Assembly: GCA_015055515.1 (NCBI GenBank)
Contig: SVIC01000003.1
Coordinates: 15,435 to 79,434, forward strand
Length of the DNA: 64,000 nt
Reading direction: 5' to 3'
DNA from: Clostridiales bacterium
Lineage (GTDB): Bacteria > Bacillota > Clostridia > Christensenellales > UBA1242
The notes beneath the pieces were generated by a model. That model was not told where the DNA came from and did no database searches. It was given only the letters and a program-made list of their open reading frames with translations. A program made the translations under genes and the position numbers. How positions within the stretch are numbered: position 1 is the stretch's first letter; every line of letters begins with the position of its first letter. This document shows positions 40,606-51,473 of this stretch, one piece after another.

Positions 40606-41919
40606 TTACAGAATATATTTCTTTAGGTCATATTTCTTTGTAGTGTCTTTGAATGTATTCTCTACATACGCCCTATCGATTGTCACAGGGCTCATAGGAT
40701 GTGAGCCATTGGCATTAAAGGAAATATCCTCTAGTAGAGATTCCATTAATGAATGTAATCTTCTAGCACCCAGATTCTCATTGGTATCATTTTCCTTTTC
40801 TGCCAATTCGGATATGAACTGCAATGCATCCTCTGTAAATGAAAGATCTATATTATCTACCTTCAACAATTCTTTGTATTGAGTAATAAGTGCATTCTTA
40901 GGCTGAGTCAAAATCTTGAAAAAATCCTTTGCTGCAAGGCTATCCAATTCTACTCTGATAGGGAATCTACCCTGGAACTCTGGAATCAAGTCCTCTACCT
41001 TGCTGATATGGAATGCACCTGCACAAATAAATAATATATAATCGGTCTTGATTGTACCATATTTCGTACTAACAGTACTACCCTCAACCAGTGGAAGAAT
41101 ATCCCTCTGAACACCCTCTCTACTTACATCTGGGCCTTTCTGCTGTTGCGCCTTGCCTGCAATCTTGTCTATCTCATCAATGAATATAATACCCTCTTGC
41201 TCTGCTCTAGCGATAGCCTCTGAGTTAATAGAATCATTGTCTATTAACTTCTCTACCTCTTCATTAAGCATTATCTCCTCTGCCTTAGATACAGTAACTT
41301 TCTTTCTCTTTCTCTGTGGAGGGAATATACTACCCAGTACATTGCCGAAATCCATCTCTCCGCCCATGCCAGGCATAATATTTATTGCCTTTGGTGCATC
41401 TACAAGATTGATCTCAATTAGTTCGTTATCATACACACCATTTCTAAGATTGGTAGCAATCTCTTCTTTTAATTCATCTACCATTCTATTAGGGTCTTCA
41501 TTTTTCTTTACATTGTATATTGCTTCAACCAATCTTTGCTCAACATTCGCTTTTGCTTTCTCTTGGACATTCTGCCTCTTCTCTTCCTTTACTAATCGAA
41601 CAGACACCTCGACCAAATCCCTGATCATGCTCTCACAATCTCTACCTACGTATCCAACTTCAGTAAATTTAGTAGCCTCTACCTTCAAAAAAGGTGCTGA
41701 AACAAGCTTTGCCAGTCTTCTAGCGATCTCTGTCTTACCTACACCAGTAGGACCCTTCATTATGATATTCTTAGGAGTAATCTCATCTCTAATCTCTTTA
41801 GGTAATTTACTCCTTCTATATCTATTCCTAAGAGCAATAGCAACCGCTCTCTTAGCATTATCTTGACCTATAATATAGGTATCCAATTCCTTTACAATTT
41901 GCTTTGGTGATAAATCCAT
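40606..41919 (-). CDS. hslU: ATP-dependent protease ATPase subunit HslU
   Basis: The N-terminus MDLSPKQIVKELDTYIIGQDNAKRAVAIALRNRYRR matches the HslU N-terminus, and Walker A is GPTGVGKTEIARRLA. I moved the start to the ATG at 41919; its GGAGGTG RBS is formed by the last codons of hslV. Confidence 0.95.
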   Translation of the reverse strand: MDLSPKQIVKELDTYIIGQDNAKRAVAIALRNRYRRSKLPKEIRDEITPKNIIMKGPTGVGKTEIARRLAKLVSAPFLKVEATKFTEVGYVGRDCESMIRDLVEVSVRLVKEEKRQNVQEKAKANVEQRLVEAIYNVKKNEDPNRMVDELKEEIATNLRNGVYDNELIEINLVDAPKAINIMPGMGGEMDFGNVLGSIFPPQRKRKKVTVSKAEEIMLNEEVEKLIDNDSINSEAIARAEQEGIIFIDEIDKIAGKAQQQKGPDVSREGVQRDILPLVEGSTVSTKYGTIKTDYILFICAGAFHISKVEDLIPEFQGRFPIRVELDSLAAKDFFKILTQPKNALITQYKELLKVDNIDLSFTEDALQFISELAEKENDTNENLGARRLHSLMESLLEDISFNANGSHPMSPVTIDRAYVENTFKDTTKKYDLKKYIL

Positions 41920-41920
41920 A

Positions 41921-42457
41921 CTACACCTCCTCACAAGTAATGTGATCATTAGTAAATATACATATACTTCCAGCAATCTCTATCGCCTTAATTGCTATTT
42001 CTTTCGCTGTAAGATCGGTATTGTTCATAAGTGCAAGACCTGCAGATAATGCATAGTTGCCACCGCTACCAATAGCTGCAATTCCGTGCTCTGGCTCTAT
42101 CACATCTCCACCACCAGACACAATGAACATCTGGTCCTTATCCGCAACAATCATCATGCAATCCAACTTTCTAGCATATTTATCATCTCTAAATCCGATG
42201 GCTAGCTCCACCGCGCTACGCATTAAATTACCACTGAATTTGTGTAGTAATTCCTCAAATCTATTTGTTAGACTAAATGCATCAGAGACAGTTCCCGCAA
42301 AACCTACGACAACCTTGTCATTAAATACACGCCTTACCTTGATTGCATTGCCTTTTGCTACGACTTGCTGACCCATAGTCACTTGTCCATCACCAGCGAT
42401 AGCAATCTTACCATCTCTCTTCACACCTATAATAGTAGTTCCCTTAAATTCTGTCAT
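41921..42457 (-). CDS. hslV: ATP-dependent protease subunit HslV
   Basis: The N-terminus MTEFKGTTIIGVKRDG carries the catalytic Thr, and GDGQVTMG is present. I moved the start to the ATG at 42457 (AAGGTGA RBS); the track's GTG is part of that RBS. Confidence 0.93.
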   Translation of the reverse strand: MTEFKGTTIIGVKRDGKIAIAGDGQVTMGQQVVAKGNAIKVRRVFNDKVVVGFAGTVSDAFSLTNRFEELLHKFSGNLMRSAVELAIGFRDDKYARKLDCMMIVADKDQMFIVSGGGDVIEPEHGIAAIGSGGNYALSAGLALMNNTDLTAKEIAIKAIEIAGSICIFTNDHITCEEV

Positions 42458-43760
42458 TAATATCACCTTCTTGTATATATTTAGCCAATAGATCTAACGA
42501 TCTATCAGACAATATTTTATATTTTTCTTTTTTATCTTTTACCTTATATCCCAGATTATTAATTAGTCCCATATTAGCACTCATTGGTTGAAAGTTACTA
42601 GGACTAGTAGTCGCTATATAATTCTGCAATGCTCCACAGATAGTCTCTATCGGCAAATCGACCATTGGCTTGTTTTGCAATAAATTACACATATTAATAC
42701 CACATATTAGACCACCGAATATACTCTCCACATACCCTTCTACTCCTGACAACTGTCCTGCAATAAATACATTGGGATATGATAGTAATTGAAAATTCCT
42801 AGTCAATACTTTTGGAGCATTGATATATGTATTCTTATGCATAGTACCATATCTTAAGAACTCGGCATTCTTAAGTGCTGGAATTAACGAAAAGACCCTT
42901 TTTTGCTCACCGAATTTCAGATTGGTCTGAAATCCCACCATATTATAAAAATCATATTCTCTGGTCTCTCGCCTTAACTGTATAACGGCGTAAGGTGTTT
43001 TACCCATTTTGTCGGTCAATCCTACTGGCTTCAATGGCCCAAAACGCATTGTGTCATAGCCACGCTTTGCCAATATTTCTATAGGCATACAGCCCTCGAA
43101 TACTTTCTTATTCTCAAAATCTTTTAACTCAACTGTCTCTGCAGAAATTAATGCATTGTAAAAGTTATCGTATTCTTCTTTGTTCAATGGGCAATTAATA
43201 TAATCGCCTGTACCCTTGTTATACCTATCTTGTATAAAAGCGCTATCAAAATCTATGGTGTCATATGCAACAATAGGTGCAATCGCATCGAAGAAATATA
43301 GACTTTCTTCTCCTACCAATTCTGCAATCCTCTTACTTAAAGTATCGCTAGTCAGTGGACCTGTCGCAATAATTGTAGGCTTAGACAAATCTATATCTGT
43401 CACCTCACCTTCGATAATCTTGAAATTATCGTACTTCAATAATTCATTAGTAACAGCAATACTAAATTCATTTCTATCCACTGCCAGTGCAGATCCCGCT
43501 GGTACAGCCACCTTATCTGCAATCTTTATAAGCAAGCTATCTAACATCCTTAATTCTTGCTTCAACAAACCTTCTGATGTCGTGACATCATTACTCTTAA
43601 GACTATTAGAACACACCAACTCTGCAAGAGTATTCAGCTTATGAGCAGGAGAGAATTTCTTTGGCTTCATTTCATACATATTCACACTAAATCCGCGCTT
43701 CAATAACTGATATGATGCCTCACAACCTGCCAGCCCACCACCTATAATATTTACTATCAT
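42444..43760 (-). CDS. trmFO: Methylenetetrahydrofolate--tRNA-(uracil54-C5)-methyltransferase TrmFO (Gid)
   Basis: The 438-aa protein has the FAD-binding motif IIGGGLAGCEA and sits in the topA-trmFO-hslVU order seen in Bacillus. Confidence 0.9.
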   Translation of the reverse strand: MIVNIIGGGLAGCEASYQLLKRGFSVNMYEMKPKKFSPAHKLNTLAELVCSNSLKSNDVTTSEGLLKQELRMLDSLLIKIADKVAVPAGSALAVDRNEFSIAVTNELLKYDNFKIIEGEVTDIDLSKPTIIATGPLTSDTLSKRIAELVGEESLYFFDAIAPIVAYDTIDFDSAFIQDRYNKGTGDYINCPLNKEEYDNFYNALISAETVELKDFENKKVFEGCMPIEILAKRGYDTMRFGPLKPVGLTDKMGKTPYAVIQLRRETREYDFYNMVGFQTNLKFGEQKRVFSLIPALKNAEFLRYGTMHKNTYINAPKVLTRNFQLLSYPNVFIAGQLSGVEGYVESIFGGLICGINMCNLLQNKPMVDLPIETICGALQNYIATTSPSNFQPMSANMGLINNLGYKVKDKKEKYKILSDRSLDLLAKYIQEGDINDRI

Positions 43761-45892
43761 ACGCCATCACCGCTTGGCTTATTATTTTCGACATTAACCG
43801 TATGATTGCATTGCGGATTAGAGCACTTCTGCCTTAACTTGCCATACACAACTTTCTCGGTCATATAACTACCACAACTAGGACACTTATCAATGCTTGG
43901 CTTCTCCCAAGACCAGAAATCACATTGATTAGGTCTATTGGCACATGCATAGTAAGTATCTCCCTTCTTGGACTTTCTATCATACACCTCTCCACCACAT
44001 TTAGGACAAGTAGCCACTGCCTTTGCCATAGACTTTATATTCCTACATTTTGGGAAATTACCACAAGCCAAAAACTCGCCAAATTTTCCAGTTCTAATAA
44101 GCATCTTTCCACCGCATTTATCACACACAATATCGGTTTCTTTTGGTGGATCCCTGAATGTTGTAGAATCCTTATCTGCACTCTCCAATGTCTTTACAAA
44201 GAAATTATAGAATTTCTGTATCACAGCTTGCCACTCGATACCATCATTAGCAATCTCATCCAGCTTATTCTCCATATCTGCTGTAAACTGAACATTAATA
44301 ATAGAAGAGAAGTACTTATCTAACATATCTGTAATCTTGAACGCCAACTCTGTAGGTATAAGATATTTACCATCTTTTTCTACATATTGCCTATTAAGCA
44401 GTAGTACTATTGTAGGAGTATATGTAGCTGGTCTACCTATACCTTTATCTTCCATCTCCTTCACTATTGTTGCTTCTGTAAATCGCGTTGGAGGCTTAGT
44501 AAACTTCTGTGCTGGAATTAGATCTGACAAATTCAAGACATCACCTTCCTCTAATCTAGGAATCTTAATATCCTCATCATCCTCATCCTCTTCTACTTCA
44601 TCAGCCTTTTTCTTAGATTTCTTCTTCTCTGATAGATTATATACCTTAGTAAAACCATCAAATATCAGAGTTCTACCTGATGCCTTAAAAGTATATATAT
44701 CATTATCTATCTCCACAGTCAATGTATCATATACAGCCTCTGCCATCTGACTTGCTAAGAATTTGTTGTATATAAGTTCATACAATTTATAATTATCTGC
44801 AGACAGATATTCCTTAACTGAAGCAGGAGTTCTATCTAGCGAGATTGGTCTAATCGCCTCGTGGGCATCCTGGGCAGATTTTTTTACCTTATACACATTT
44901 GGGGTCTTTGGCAAGTAATCATTGCCAAAATTCCCTGCAATATAATCCTTTGCCATTGCCATTGCTTGAGGAGATACACGAACAGAGTCTGTTCTTATAT
45001 AGGTAATTAGCGCTACCTTTCCTTCCGAGCCTATATTAACACCCTCATACAATTCTTGTGCACAAGAACTAACTTTTTTTAATGTCATATTCAACTTATT
45101 AGTAGCTTCTTGTTGCATAGAACTAGTAGTATAAGGCGCTGATGGATGCACTTTACTAACTGCTTTTTTGATACTAGACACCTTGAATTGACCAGATTTT
45201 AGTTTTGCCAAGATCTCATCCATGGTCTCTTTGTTAGATATATTAGGCTTCTTGCCATTAATTTTAGTCAATGTAGTCTTGAACTTATCATCTTCTATAG
45301 CCTTATATAAGATAGCATTCAATGTCCAATATTCTTCTGGCTTGAACGATGTTATTTCTTTCTCTCTATCTACTATTAGTTTCAATGCAACACTCTGCAC
45401 ACGACCAGCCGATAGATTTGGCTGAATCTTCTTACAAAGGATTGGGCTTAACTTATAACCCACCAATCTATCTACGACACGCCTAGCTTGCTGTGCATCA
45501 ACCAAGTTAAGATCTATTGGCCTTGGCTTAGTCAACGCTTCTTGTACAGCATTCTTACTAATCTCATTAAATTCTATTCTAACATTGTCCTTTGGATCAA
45601 GATTAAGCACATGACACAAATGCCAACTAATAGCCTCACCCTCTCTATCCGGGTCGGTCGCAAGATATACTCTATCTGCCTTTGCTTGCTTTGCTCGCAA
45701 CTCTCTAGCAACATTGTGCTTATCACTCATAATCTCGTATTGTGGGCGAAAATTATCGTTTACATTAACACCCAATGACTTAACTGGTAAATCACGTATA
45801 TGTCCTTTGGTTGCAATAACCTCATAGTCCTTACCTAAATACTTACTAATTGTGTCTTTCTTTCCGGCACCCTCGATAACAACTAAATTCAT
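43757..45892 (-). CDS. topA: DNA topoisomerase I
   Basis: The 711-aa protein has a Toprim N-terminus (LVVIEGAGKKDTISKYLG), the active-site region ITYIRTDS and C-terminal Zn ribbons (CDKCGGKMLIRTGKFGEFLACGNFPKC and others). Confidence 0.96.
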   Translation of the reverse strand: MNLVVIEGAGKKDTISKYLGKDYEVIATKGHIRDLPVKSLGVNVNDNFRPQYEIMSDKHNVARELRAKQAKADRVYLATDPDREGEAISWHLCHVLNLDPKDNVRIEFNEISKNAVQEALTKPRPIDLNLVDAQQARRVVDRLVGYKLSPILCKKIQPNLSAGRVQSVALKLIVDREKEITSFKPEEYWTLNAILYKAIEDDKFKTTLTKINGKKPNISNKETMDEILAKLKSGQFKVSSIKKAVSKVHPSAPYTTSSMQQEATNKLNMTLKKVSSCAQELYEGVNIGSEGKVALITYIRTDSVRVSPQAMAMAKDYIAGNFGNDYLPKTPNVYKVKKSAQDAHEAIRPISLDRTPASVKEYLSADNYKLYELIYNKFLASQMAEAVYDTLTVEIDNDIYTFKASGRTLIFDGFTKVYNLSEKKKSKKKADEVEEDEDDEDIKIPRLEEGDVLNLSDLIPAQKFTKPPTRFTEATIVKEMEDKGIGRPATYTPTIVLLLNRQYVEKDGKYLIPTELAFKITDMLDKYFSSIINVQFTADMENKLDEIANDGIEWQAVIQKFYNFFVKTLESADKDSTTFRDPPKETDIVCDKCGGKMLIRTGKFGEFLACGNFPKCRNIKSMAKAVATCPKCGGEVYDRKSKKGDTYYACANRPNQCDFWSWEKPSIDKCPSCGSYMTEKVVYGKLRQKCSNPQCNHTVNVENNKPSGDGV

Positions 45893-45959
45893 GCATACCT
45901 CTCTATATATTTTTTCGCATCTGTTTCTTATTTTACCAAAATTACTCTATCTTGGCAAA

Positions 45960-47051
45960 CTAATTCATAGCCATTGTATACATATTTCCTGGCATTTTCT
46001 TAACAATATTTTTTAACTCTAATTTCATTAATATACTATTCACCTTGGCCGATGTCAAGCCACTCTGAGTTATTATCGCATCAAAGTGCACTTCTTTGCC
46101 ATTGAGTACATCTATTATTAGTTGCTCCTCTAGCGTGAATTGCATGACAACACTTTTGCCTCTATTATTGAGCGTTTTACCAAAAGAATTAAGTATATCC
46201 TCTGGAGATAGAACAATCGCACCTTGACAACTCTTAATCACCTCGTTCGATCCCTTAGAGTAAATATCTGTAATCCTACCTGGAACTACAAATATATCTC
46301 TATTACAATCTAGTGCATATTCCTTCGTAATTAAGGCACCGCTCCTAAGAGGTGCTTCTATTATAAGTACCCCTTTGCTAATACCAGCAATAATCCTATT
46401 CCTTGCTGGAAAATGATAGGCCTGCGGACCCTCATTAGGAGGATACTCGCTTATAACCAAACCACCAGTCGCTATTATTTTCTCGGCTAGACCCACATTA
46501 ACAGCTGGATAGATATTATTAATCCCGCTACCAAGCACAGCAATAGTCTTACCCTTTACATTAACCGCTGACTGATGTGCAAATGTATCTATACCATCGG
46601 CAAGACCACTAACTATGCATAATCCTTCCTTCGCCAAGGTCTTGCAAAATACATTTGTCACTTCCTCACCATACGAAGTAGCTCGCCTAGTACCCACAAC
46701 TGCTAGATTATCACTACCTGACATTAGACTTAAATCACCCTTAGTATACAATAGCAATGGAGGATTGTGTATCTCTCTAAGGTTATCAGGATACATATCT
46801 GACAAATAAGTCACTATATCTATACCCATAGAATTTACATTACAAATGTAGTTGTTTAATAACTCTACATCTATCTTATTTATTTCAGAAACTAGATTTT
46901 TGCTAATTAATCCACTTACCTTATCAATAGAAAAAATTAGAGAAACATCGGGTAATGTTTCTATAATTTCTTTTATTTTCGCATACGTAATATTTGTCTG
47001 TATGACTAGTGCTATTACAGCCTTATCATTATCATTCAGTATGTTATTCAT
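45960..47051 (-). CDS. dprA: DNA processing protein DprA (Smf)
   Basis: The 363-aa protein has a Rossmann-like core with SGLADGIDTFAHQ and lies upstream of topA as in Bacillus. Confidence 0.88.
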   Translation of the reverse strand: MNNILNDNDKAVIALVIQTNITYAKIKEIIETLPDVSLIFSIDKVSGLISKNLVSEINKIDVELLNNYICNVNSMGIDIVTYLSDMYPDNLREIHNPPLLLYTKGDLSLMSGSDNLAVVGTRRATSYGEEVTNVFCKTLAKEGLCIVSGLADGIDTFAHQSAVNVKGKTIAVLGSGINNIYPAVNVGLAEKIIATGGLVISEYPPNEGPQAYHFPARNRIIAGISKGVLIIEAPLRSGALITKEYALDCNRDIFVVPGRITDIYSKGSNEVIKSCQGAIVLSPEDILNSFGKTLNNRGKSVVMQFTLEEQLIIDVLNGKEVHFDAIITQSGLTSAKVNSILMKLELKNIVKKMPGNMYTMAMN

Positions 47052-47054
47052 ATA

Positions 47055-48587
47055 TTAACTCCAGTATTTATTATCCAAAGACCTATAAGATATAGCCTCC
47101 ATAATGTGCTCGTCTTGAATGTCCTTCGAACCTTCTAAATCTGCTATAGTCCTAGCGACCTTAAGAATTCTATTATAAGCCCTAGCAGACAAATTCAATT
47201 TTTCAAAAGCAACCTTTAATATAAAATGGCTCTCTTCGCTAATATTGCAATATTTCTTAATTTGCCTATCATTCATCTTGCTATTAGCATAATTATCGCT
47301 ATCGGCAAATCTCTGCAATTGAATCTCTCTAGCCTTATCTACTCTTGCCTTTATACTAGCACTAGATTCCTCATTCGCCTCACCCTGCAAATCACTATAT
47401 TTTACATTGTCTACCTCTATATGCATATCTATTCTATCCATAAGCGGTCCCGACAATTTATTTAGATATTTCCTAATTGCTTGTGGAGTGCATTTACACT
47501 CATTGGTCGTACTACCATAATTACCACATGGGCATGGATTCATACTGGCAATAAGGGTGAAATTAGCAGGATATACTATACTAGCCTCTAATCTAGATAC
47601 AGTAATTACGCCATCTTCTAATGGTTGTCTCAATGTCTCTAGCGAATTACGACTATATTCTGGCATTTCATCTAAGAACAATACGCCATTATGAGTTAGG
47701 CTAATCTCTCCAGGCTTTGCCGTCCTACCACCACCAGTCAATGCAATAGTTGTCGCTGTATGGTGAGGAGATCGGAAAGGTCTCTTTGTAAGTATTCCAG
47801 TATTGGAATCTAGCGTTCCTGCGATACTATGTATCTTAGATATCTCTAAAGCTTCCTCAAATGTCAAATCTGGCAATATGCTAGGAAACGCTTTTGCCAT
47901 CATAGTCTTACCACTACCAGGAGGACCTATTAGAAGTACATTATGGCCACCTGCTGCAGCAATCTCCATTGCACGCTTTGCCTTCGCTTGCCCCTTAATA
48001 TACTTAAAATCATTAGAAACCTTGGTATTATTCATTAGATCTTTGAAACTCTGCACCTCTACCTTCGGTATGTCCAACTCCCCCTTCAAGAACATCACCG
48101 CTTCTTCTAGTGTAGATACAGGATATATATCCATACCATCTATGAAGCTAGCCTCCTTGGCATTTGCTTTAGGTATAATAAATTTCTTAATACCAGCTTG
48201 CTTAGCATAAATAAGCATAGGCAATATACCATTTACCTTATTAACTGATCCATTTAATCCCAGTTCTCCTAGCATAACATATTCTCTAGTCTTATTCACA
48301 TCCAGTTGGTCACTGGCACATAATATCCCTAGTGCTATTGGCAAATCATACATAGGGCCTTCTTTCTTGGTATCTGCAGGAGCCATATTGACTATAATTT
48401 TTAATATAGGGTACTGGAACTTACTATTCTTAATTGCACTCTTTATTCTCTCCTTGCTTTCTTTGATAGAAGCACCTACCAGCCCTACAATATCATAGCC
48501 AGGCAATCCTTGATTAATATCCACTTCTATCTGCATCTTATATCCATCTAGACCAGACAATCCTAGGGAATGTATTATAGCTAACAC
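47055..48587 (-). CDS. comM: Mg-chelatase-like AAA+ protein YifB/ComM
   Basis: The 510-aa protein has an N-terminal Lon-protease-like domain, Walker A LIGPPGSGKTMMAK, Walker B LFLDEMPE and a C-terminal Mg-chelatase-subunit-like tail. Confidence 0.9.
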   Translation of the reverse strand: MLAIIHSLGLSGLDGYKMQIEVDINQGLPGYDIVGLVGASIKESKERIKSAIKNSKFQYPILKIIVNMAPADTKKEGPMYDLPIALGILCASDQLDVNKTREYVMLGELGLNGSVNKVNGILPMLIYAKQAGIKKFIIPKANAKEASFIDGMDIYPVSTLEEAVMFLKGELDIPKVEVQSFKDLMNNTKVSNDFKYIKGQAKAKRAMEIAAAGGHNVLLIGPPGSGKTMMAKAFPSILPDLTFEEALEISKIHSIAGTLDSNTGILTKRPFRSPHHTATTIALTGGGRTAKPGEISLTHNGVLFLDEMPEYSRNSLETLRQPLEDGVITVSRLEASIVYPANFTLIASMNPCPCGNYGSTTNECKCTPQAIRKYLNKLSGPLMDRIDMHIEVDNVKYSDLQGEANEESSASIKARVDKAREIQLQRFADSDNYANSKMNDRQIKKYCNISEESHFILKVAFEKLNLSARAYNRILKVARTIADLEGSKDIQDEHIMEAISYRSLDNKYWS

Positions 48588-48667
48588 TAGCCACCTCCAA
48601 CTTATATATGTACAGATTATATATCATATAAAAACATTTTGCAATGATTTTAGAATAAATGTTCTAT

Positions 48668-48703
48668 AAAAAAATCGATATGAGATTATGCTCCCATATC
48701 GAT
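48668..48703 (-). terminator. Rho-independent terminator of gltX
   Basis: The - strand has stem ATCGATATGGGAG/CTCATATCGAT, about 11 bp with a small bulge (48674..48703), followed by T6-7. Confidence 0.7.
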
Positions 48704-48709
48704 CTTATA

Positions 48710-50353
48710 TTATATACTTCTAGCAATGTCATCTAATCTATGTTTTCCTAGACATACACATATAGAATACAAATCTGGCGTATTTGTTTTACCAGTTATT
48801 GCCACTCTTAATATATTGCAGAATGTTGCTGTATTACCATTGAATAGCGCAGGATTCTGCTTATATATCTTGTTATCTGTACAGAAATTGTATTTATTTG
48901 CCAACGCCTTCACATTATTGAACCATGTATCTTTATCTGCATGTACATCAAATGTAGACACATAATCATCCATAATCTTCTGGATAGTAAGGTAGTCAAC
49001 ATCAAATTGTGTGAAGTCAATATTCAACTCGGAATACTCCTTGAACATATAGTTATAATACTCTGGAACATCTTCCCACTTTGCAATATCTTTTCTTGGC
49101 TTATCTCCACCACGATCTATACTAAATACTTTTATAGCAAAATCCTTATCTCTCTCTAATATATTTGCGAATGGAATATTGTATTCTTTTGCCCAATTAT
49201 ACACCCTATCATATACTTCTTCAGCTGTAAATCTTGCTATAATATTCTTGGAAATATCATTCAGTTTCGCAATATCGAACATTGGATTGTTAGAGCCTAT
49301 CTTATTTATAGAGAATGGGAAACTAGTATATGGCAGAGTTGGATTTGCCATCCTCCACTCTTCAAAATCACTATTTGCAAGGCTAATAAGATACTCTACC
49401 ACAGCCTCTCTAGGATAGCCCATAATCCTAAACACTCTAGAATCGGCTTCTACATCCTTTCTTTTGCTTAATTTTCTCTTATTTCCGTTGTCTAACTTGC
49501 ATATAACAGGAGTATGTGCATACTTCAGCCTTGGATAACCAAAAGCATCAAATAGCTCTAAGTGACTAGCTAGCGACTGATACCACTCTTCCCCTCTTAC
49601 AACAATCGTTGTTCCCATAAGTGTGTCATCTACCAAGTGAGCAAGGCTATATGGTGGAATGCCATCACTCTTCAATATAACAATATCCTTACCATTCTCT
49701 CTGATTTCTCTGTCGCCCTTAATCTCATCTCTTATCTGCATAGATTTATTAGGATCGCCCATAGATAGAAGCCTTATAGCAAATGGTTTACCCTTTGCTA
49801 AATTATACTCAATCTCTTCCATAGACAAGTCTCTACACTTATCATGCTCTACAAGATTGCCTTCTTCTAGCTCTTTTTCTCTTCTCTCTAATATCTCTGC
49901 CTTATCCTCAGCCTTGTCACAGAAGCAAGGATATGCCCTACCTATACTAACTAGATATTTTGCAAATGCCTTATAGATATCCTTTCTCTTGCTCTGGATA
50001 TATGGTCCATATTCACCCAACTCACCAGCATCGCCAATATATCCCTCATCTGGAGTCATTTCAAAGTATTGCAGAGCCTCGTAAGCTATATTACCAGCCT
50101 CTTTTACTTCTCTTTTCTGATCGGTATCTTCTAACCTGAAATAGAATATACCATTTGTGTTAAGCGCTGTCAATTTGTCTATTATAGCACCATACAGACT
50201 GCCTAGATGAAAATACCCAGTAGGACTAGGTGCAATTCTTGTCACCTCACTACCACTTGGTAGATTTCTTTTCTTATATTTTGAGAAGTAGTACTCAGGA
50301 GTCTTTAATATATCTGGAAACAACATCTCTGCTATTCTATAATAATCTTTCAT
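48710..50353 (-). CDS. gltX: Glutamate--tRNA ligase (long form)
   Basis: The 547-aa protein has the class I signature IAPSPTGYFHLGS (the HIGH region), RLEDTDQKR and KLSKRK (KMSKS). It has about 37 extra N-terminal residues and a long C-terminal domain. Confidence 0.85.
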   Translation of the reverse strand: MKDYYRIAEMLFPDILKTPEYYFSKYKKRNLPSGSEVTRIAPSPTGYFHLGSLYGAIIDKLTALNTNGIFYFRLEDTDQKREVKEAGNIAYEALQYFEMTPDEGYIGDAGELGEYGPYIQSKRKDIYKAFAKYLVSIGRAYPCFCDKAEDKAEILERREKELEEGNLVEHDKCRDLSMEEIEYNLAKGKPFAIRLLSMGDPNKSMQIRDEIKGDREIRENGKDIVILKSDGIPPYSLAHLVDDTLMGTTIVVRGEEWYQSLASHLELFDAFGYPRLKYAHTPVICKLDNGNKRKLSKRKDVEADSRVFRIMGYPREAVVEYLISLANSDFEEWRMANPTLPYTSFPFSINKIGSNNPMFDIAKLNDISKNIIARFTAEEVYDRVYNWAKEYNIPFANILERDKDFAIKVFSIDRGGDKPRKDIAKWEDVPEYYNYMFKEYSELNIDFTQFDVDYLTIQKIMDDYVSTFDVHADKDTWFNNVKALANKYNFCTDNKIYKQNPALFNGNTATFCNILRVAITGKTNTPDLYSICVCLGKHRLDDIARSI

Positions 50354-50368
50354 ATTCTTTTCCTCTTT

Positions 50369-51463
50369 TTACCCTATAATATTCGATAACGAATCTAAAT
50401 AATAATTGTCTACAAAGTCTTCTATATGACATAAGAAATCATATGCGTTGGCTTCATCATATGATGCAGATTGGTGATATACACCTACACCACCTTCAAT
50501 TTCACCAAATCTATACATAGATAATTTATAATAATCTATATTAACCGCAATGGACTGAAGTGTCAATATATTTTGTCGTAAAATATTTGAATAATGCATG
50601 TACAGTTCGGCATTATTCATCATTTGCATATCATGCTTAACATCCAATGCCTCTATTACACTTAAGCTTAATTCATTGTCCATCATATCCAAATAATCTA
50701 TACAAACGTACTCGTTATTTTCACAATATGCCTTCATCAGTATGCTTAAATCACATATGGAATTAGTTCCATTCTGCATACTAAATGGTCTAATATTATC
50801 CACATACACATACTGAGCAAAACTAATGATCATATCATCCATAGTTCTTGCCACTGTATTTGCAGATAGACTATCATCTGAGAATATTTTAGATACATGT
50901 AAGTTTCTAAAACAATTAATGAAATCGGATGCTGTGTCAAACAATACATTTAACTGGTACATATACGTAGTAATTTCTATATTAGATATTTCATTTGAGC
51001 CTATATTTGTCACTCTTAATTCTAATGCATCTCTTAATGCATTAACTTCTATTAATTTATCATTCAATTCTTTTAATTTGGTATGTAGATTTGAAAAATC
51101 CTCGCTATTTAGCTTCTGATCAGCTGTTTCATAGAAATTCTCATTCCAATTATTGTAATACCTAAATATAGCACTAAACATCCTATTGTATATTTTATCA
51201 AGTGTATATAGATTGTATTCATTATCTGTCAATGTAGTATTAAGTTCTAGCCGACTAATGATGTCATTGTACTGGATATCAATACTATAACCATTGAACA
51301 TGGTATTGCTACCAGTCTCCCCATCCACATGATTCTCTATCATAGTCTTATATAGATCTTTTATGTCTTCAGATTTGTAATTATTTAGACTACAAGCACT
51401 GAGGGTAATAGAGGAGCATATACTAATCATCATTATTAATATAATCATCATTATTTTCTTCAT
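50369..51463 (-). CDS. Lipoprotein of unknown function, Y/N/D-rich and helical-looking
   Basis: The lipobox is ITLSAC. I placed the start at the ATG at 51463 (AAGGAGG RBS 5 nt upstream) rather than the track's GTG at 51469. The gene ends 15 nt upstream of gltX. Confidence 0.7.
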   Translation of the reverse strand: MKKIMMIILIMMISICSSITLSACSLNNYKSEDIKDLYKTMIENHVDGETGSNTMFNGYSIDIQYNDIISRLELNTTLTDNEYNLYTLDKIYNRMFSAIFRYYNNWNENFYETADQKLNSEDFSNLHTKLKELNDKLIEVNALRDALELRVTNIGSNEISNIEITTYMYQLNVLFDTASDFINCFRNLHVSKIFSDDSLSANTVARTMDDMIISFAQYVYVDNIRPFSMQNGTNSICDLSILMKAYCENNEYVCIDYLDMMDNELSLSVIEALDVKHDMQMMNNAELYMHYSNILRQNILTLQSIAVNIDYYKLSMYRFGEIEGGVGVYHQSASYDEANAYDFLCHIEDFVDNYYLDSLSNIIG

Positions 51464-51473
51464 ACACACCTCC

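Noticed and set aside
41153-41866. A 237-aa + strand ORF lies inside hslU. Similar long antisense ORFs include 24268..24732 and 24766..25209 in fba, 20947..21381 in the ABC gene, 6540..6941 in ftsK, 43216..43644 in trmFO and 47803..48210 in comM.
   Set aside because: All of them lie fully antisense to confidently identified conserved genes. They are S/L/I/F-rich low-complexity translations and lack RBSs. These are shadow ORFs typical of AT-rich genomes.
41920-41976. The ORF track gives longer N-termini for hslU (41976), hslV (42466), spoIIID (53892), rsmD (54878), the DUF1653-like gene (14225), P-II paralog 1 (58839), the dnaI-like gene (62508), the DnaD-like gene (63958) and the 39417 membrane protein (40091).
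   Set aside because: In each case an internal ATG has a properly spaced Shine-Dalgarno sequence. The resulting N-terminus matches the conserved family N-terminus or avoids running through a terminator or the upstream gene. The upstream GTG or TTG is itself part of the RBS in several cases.
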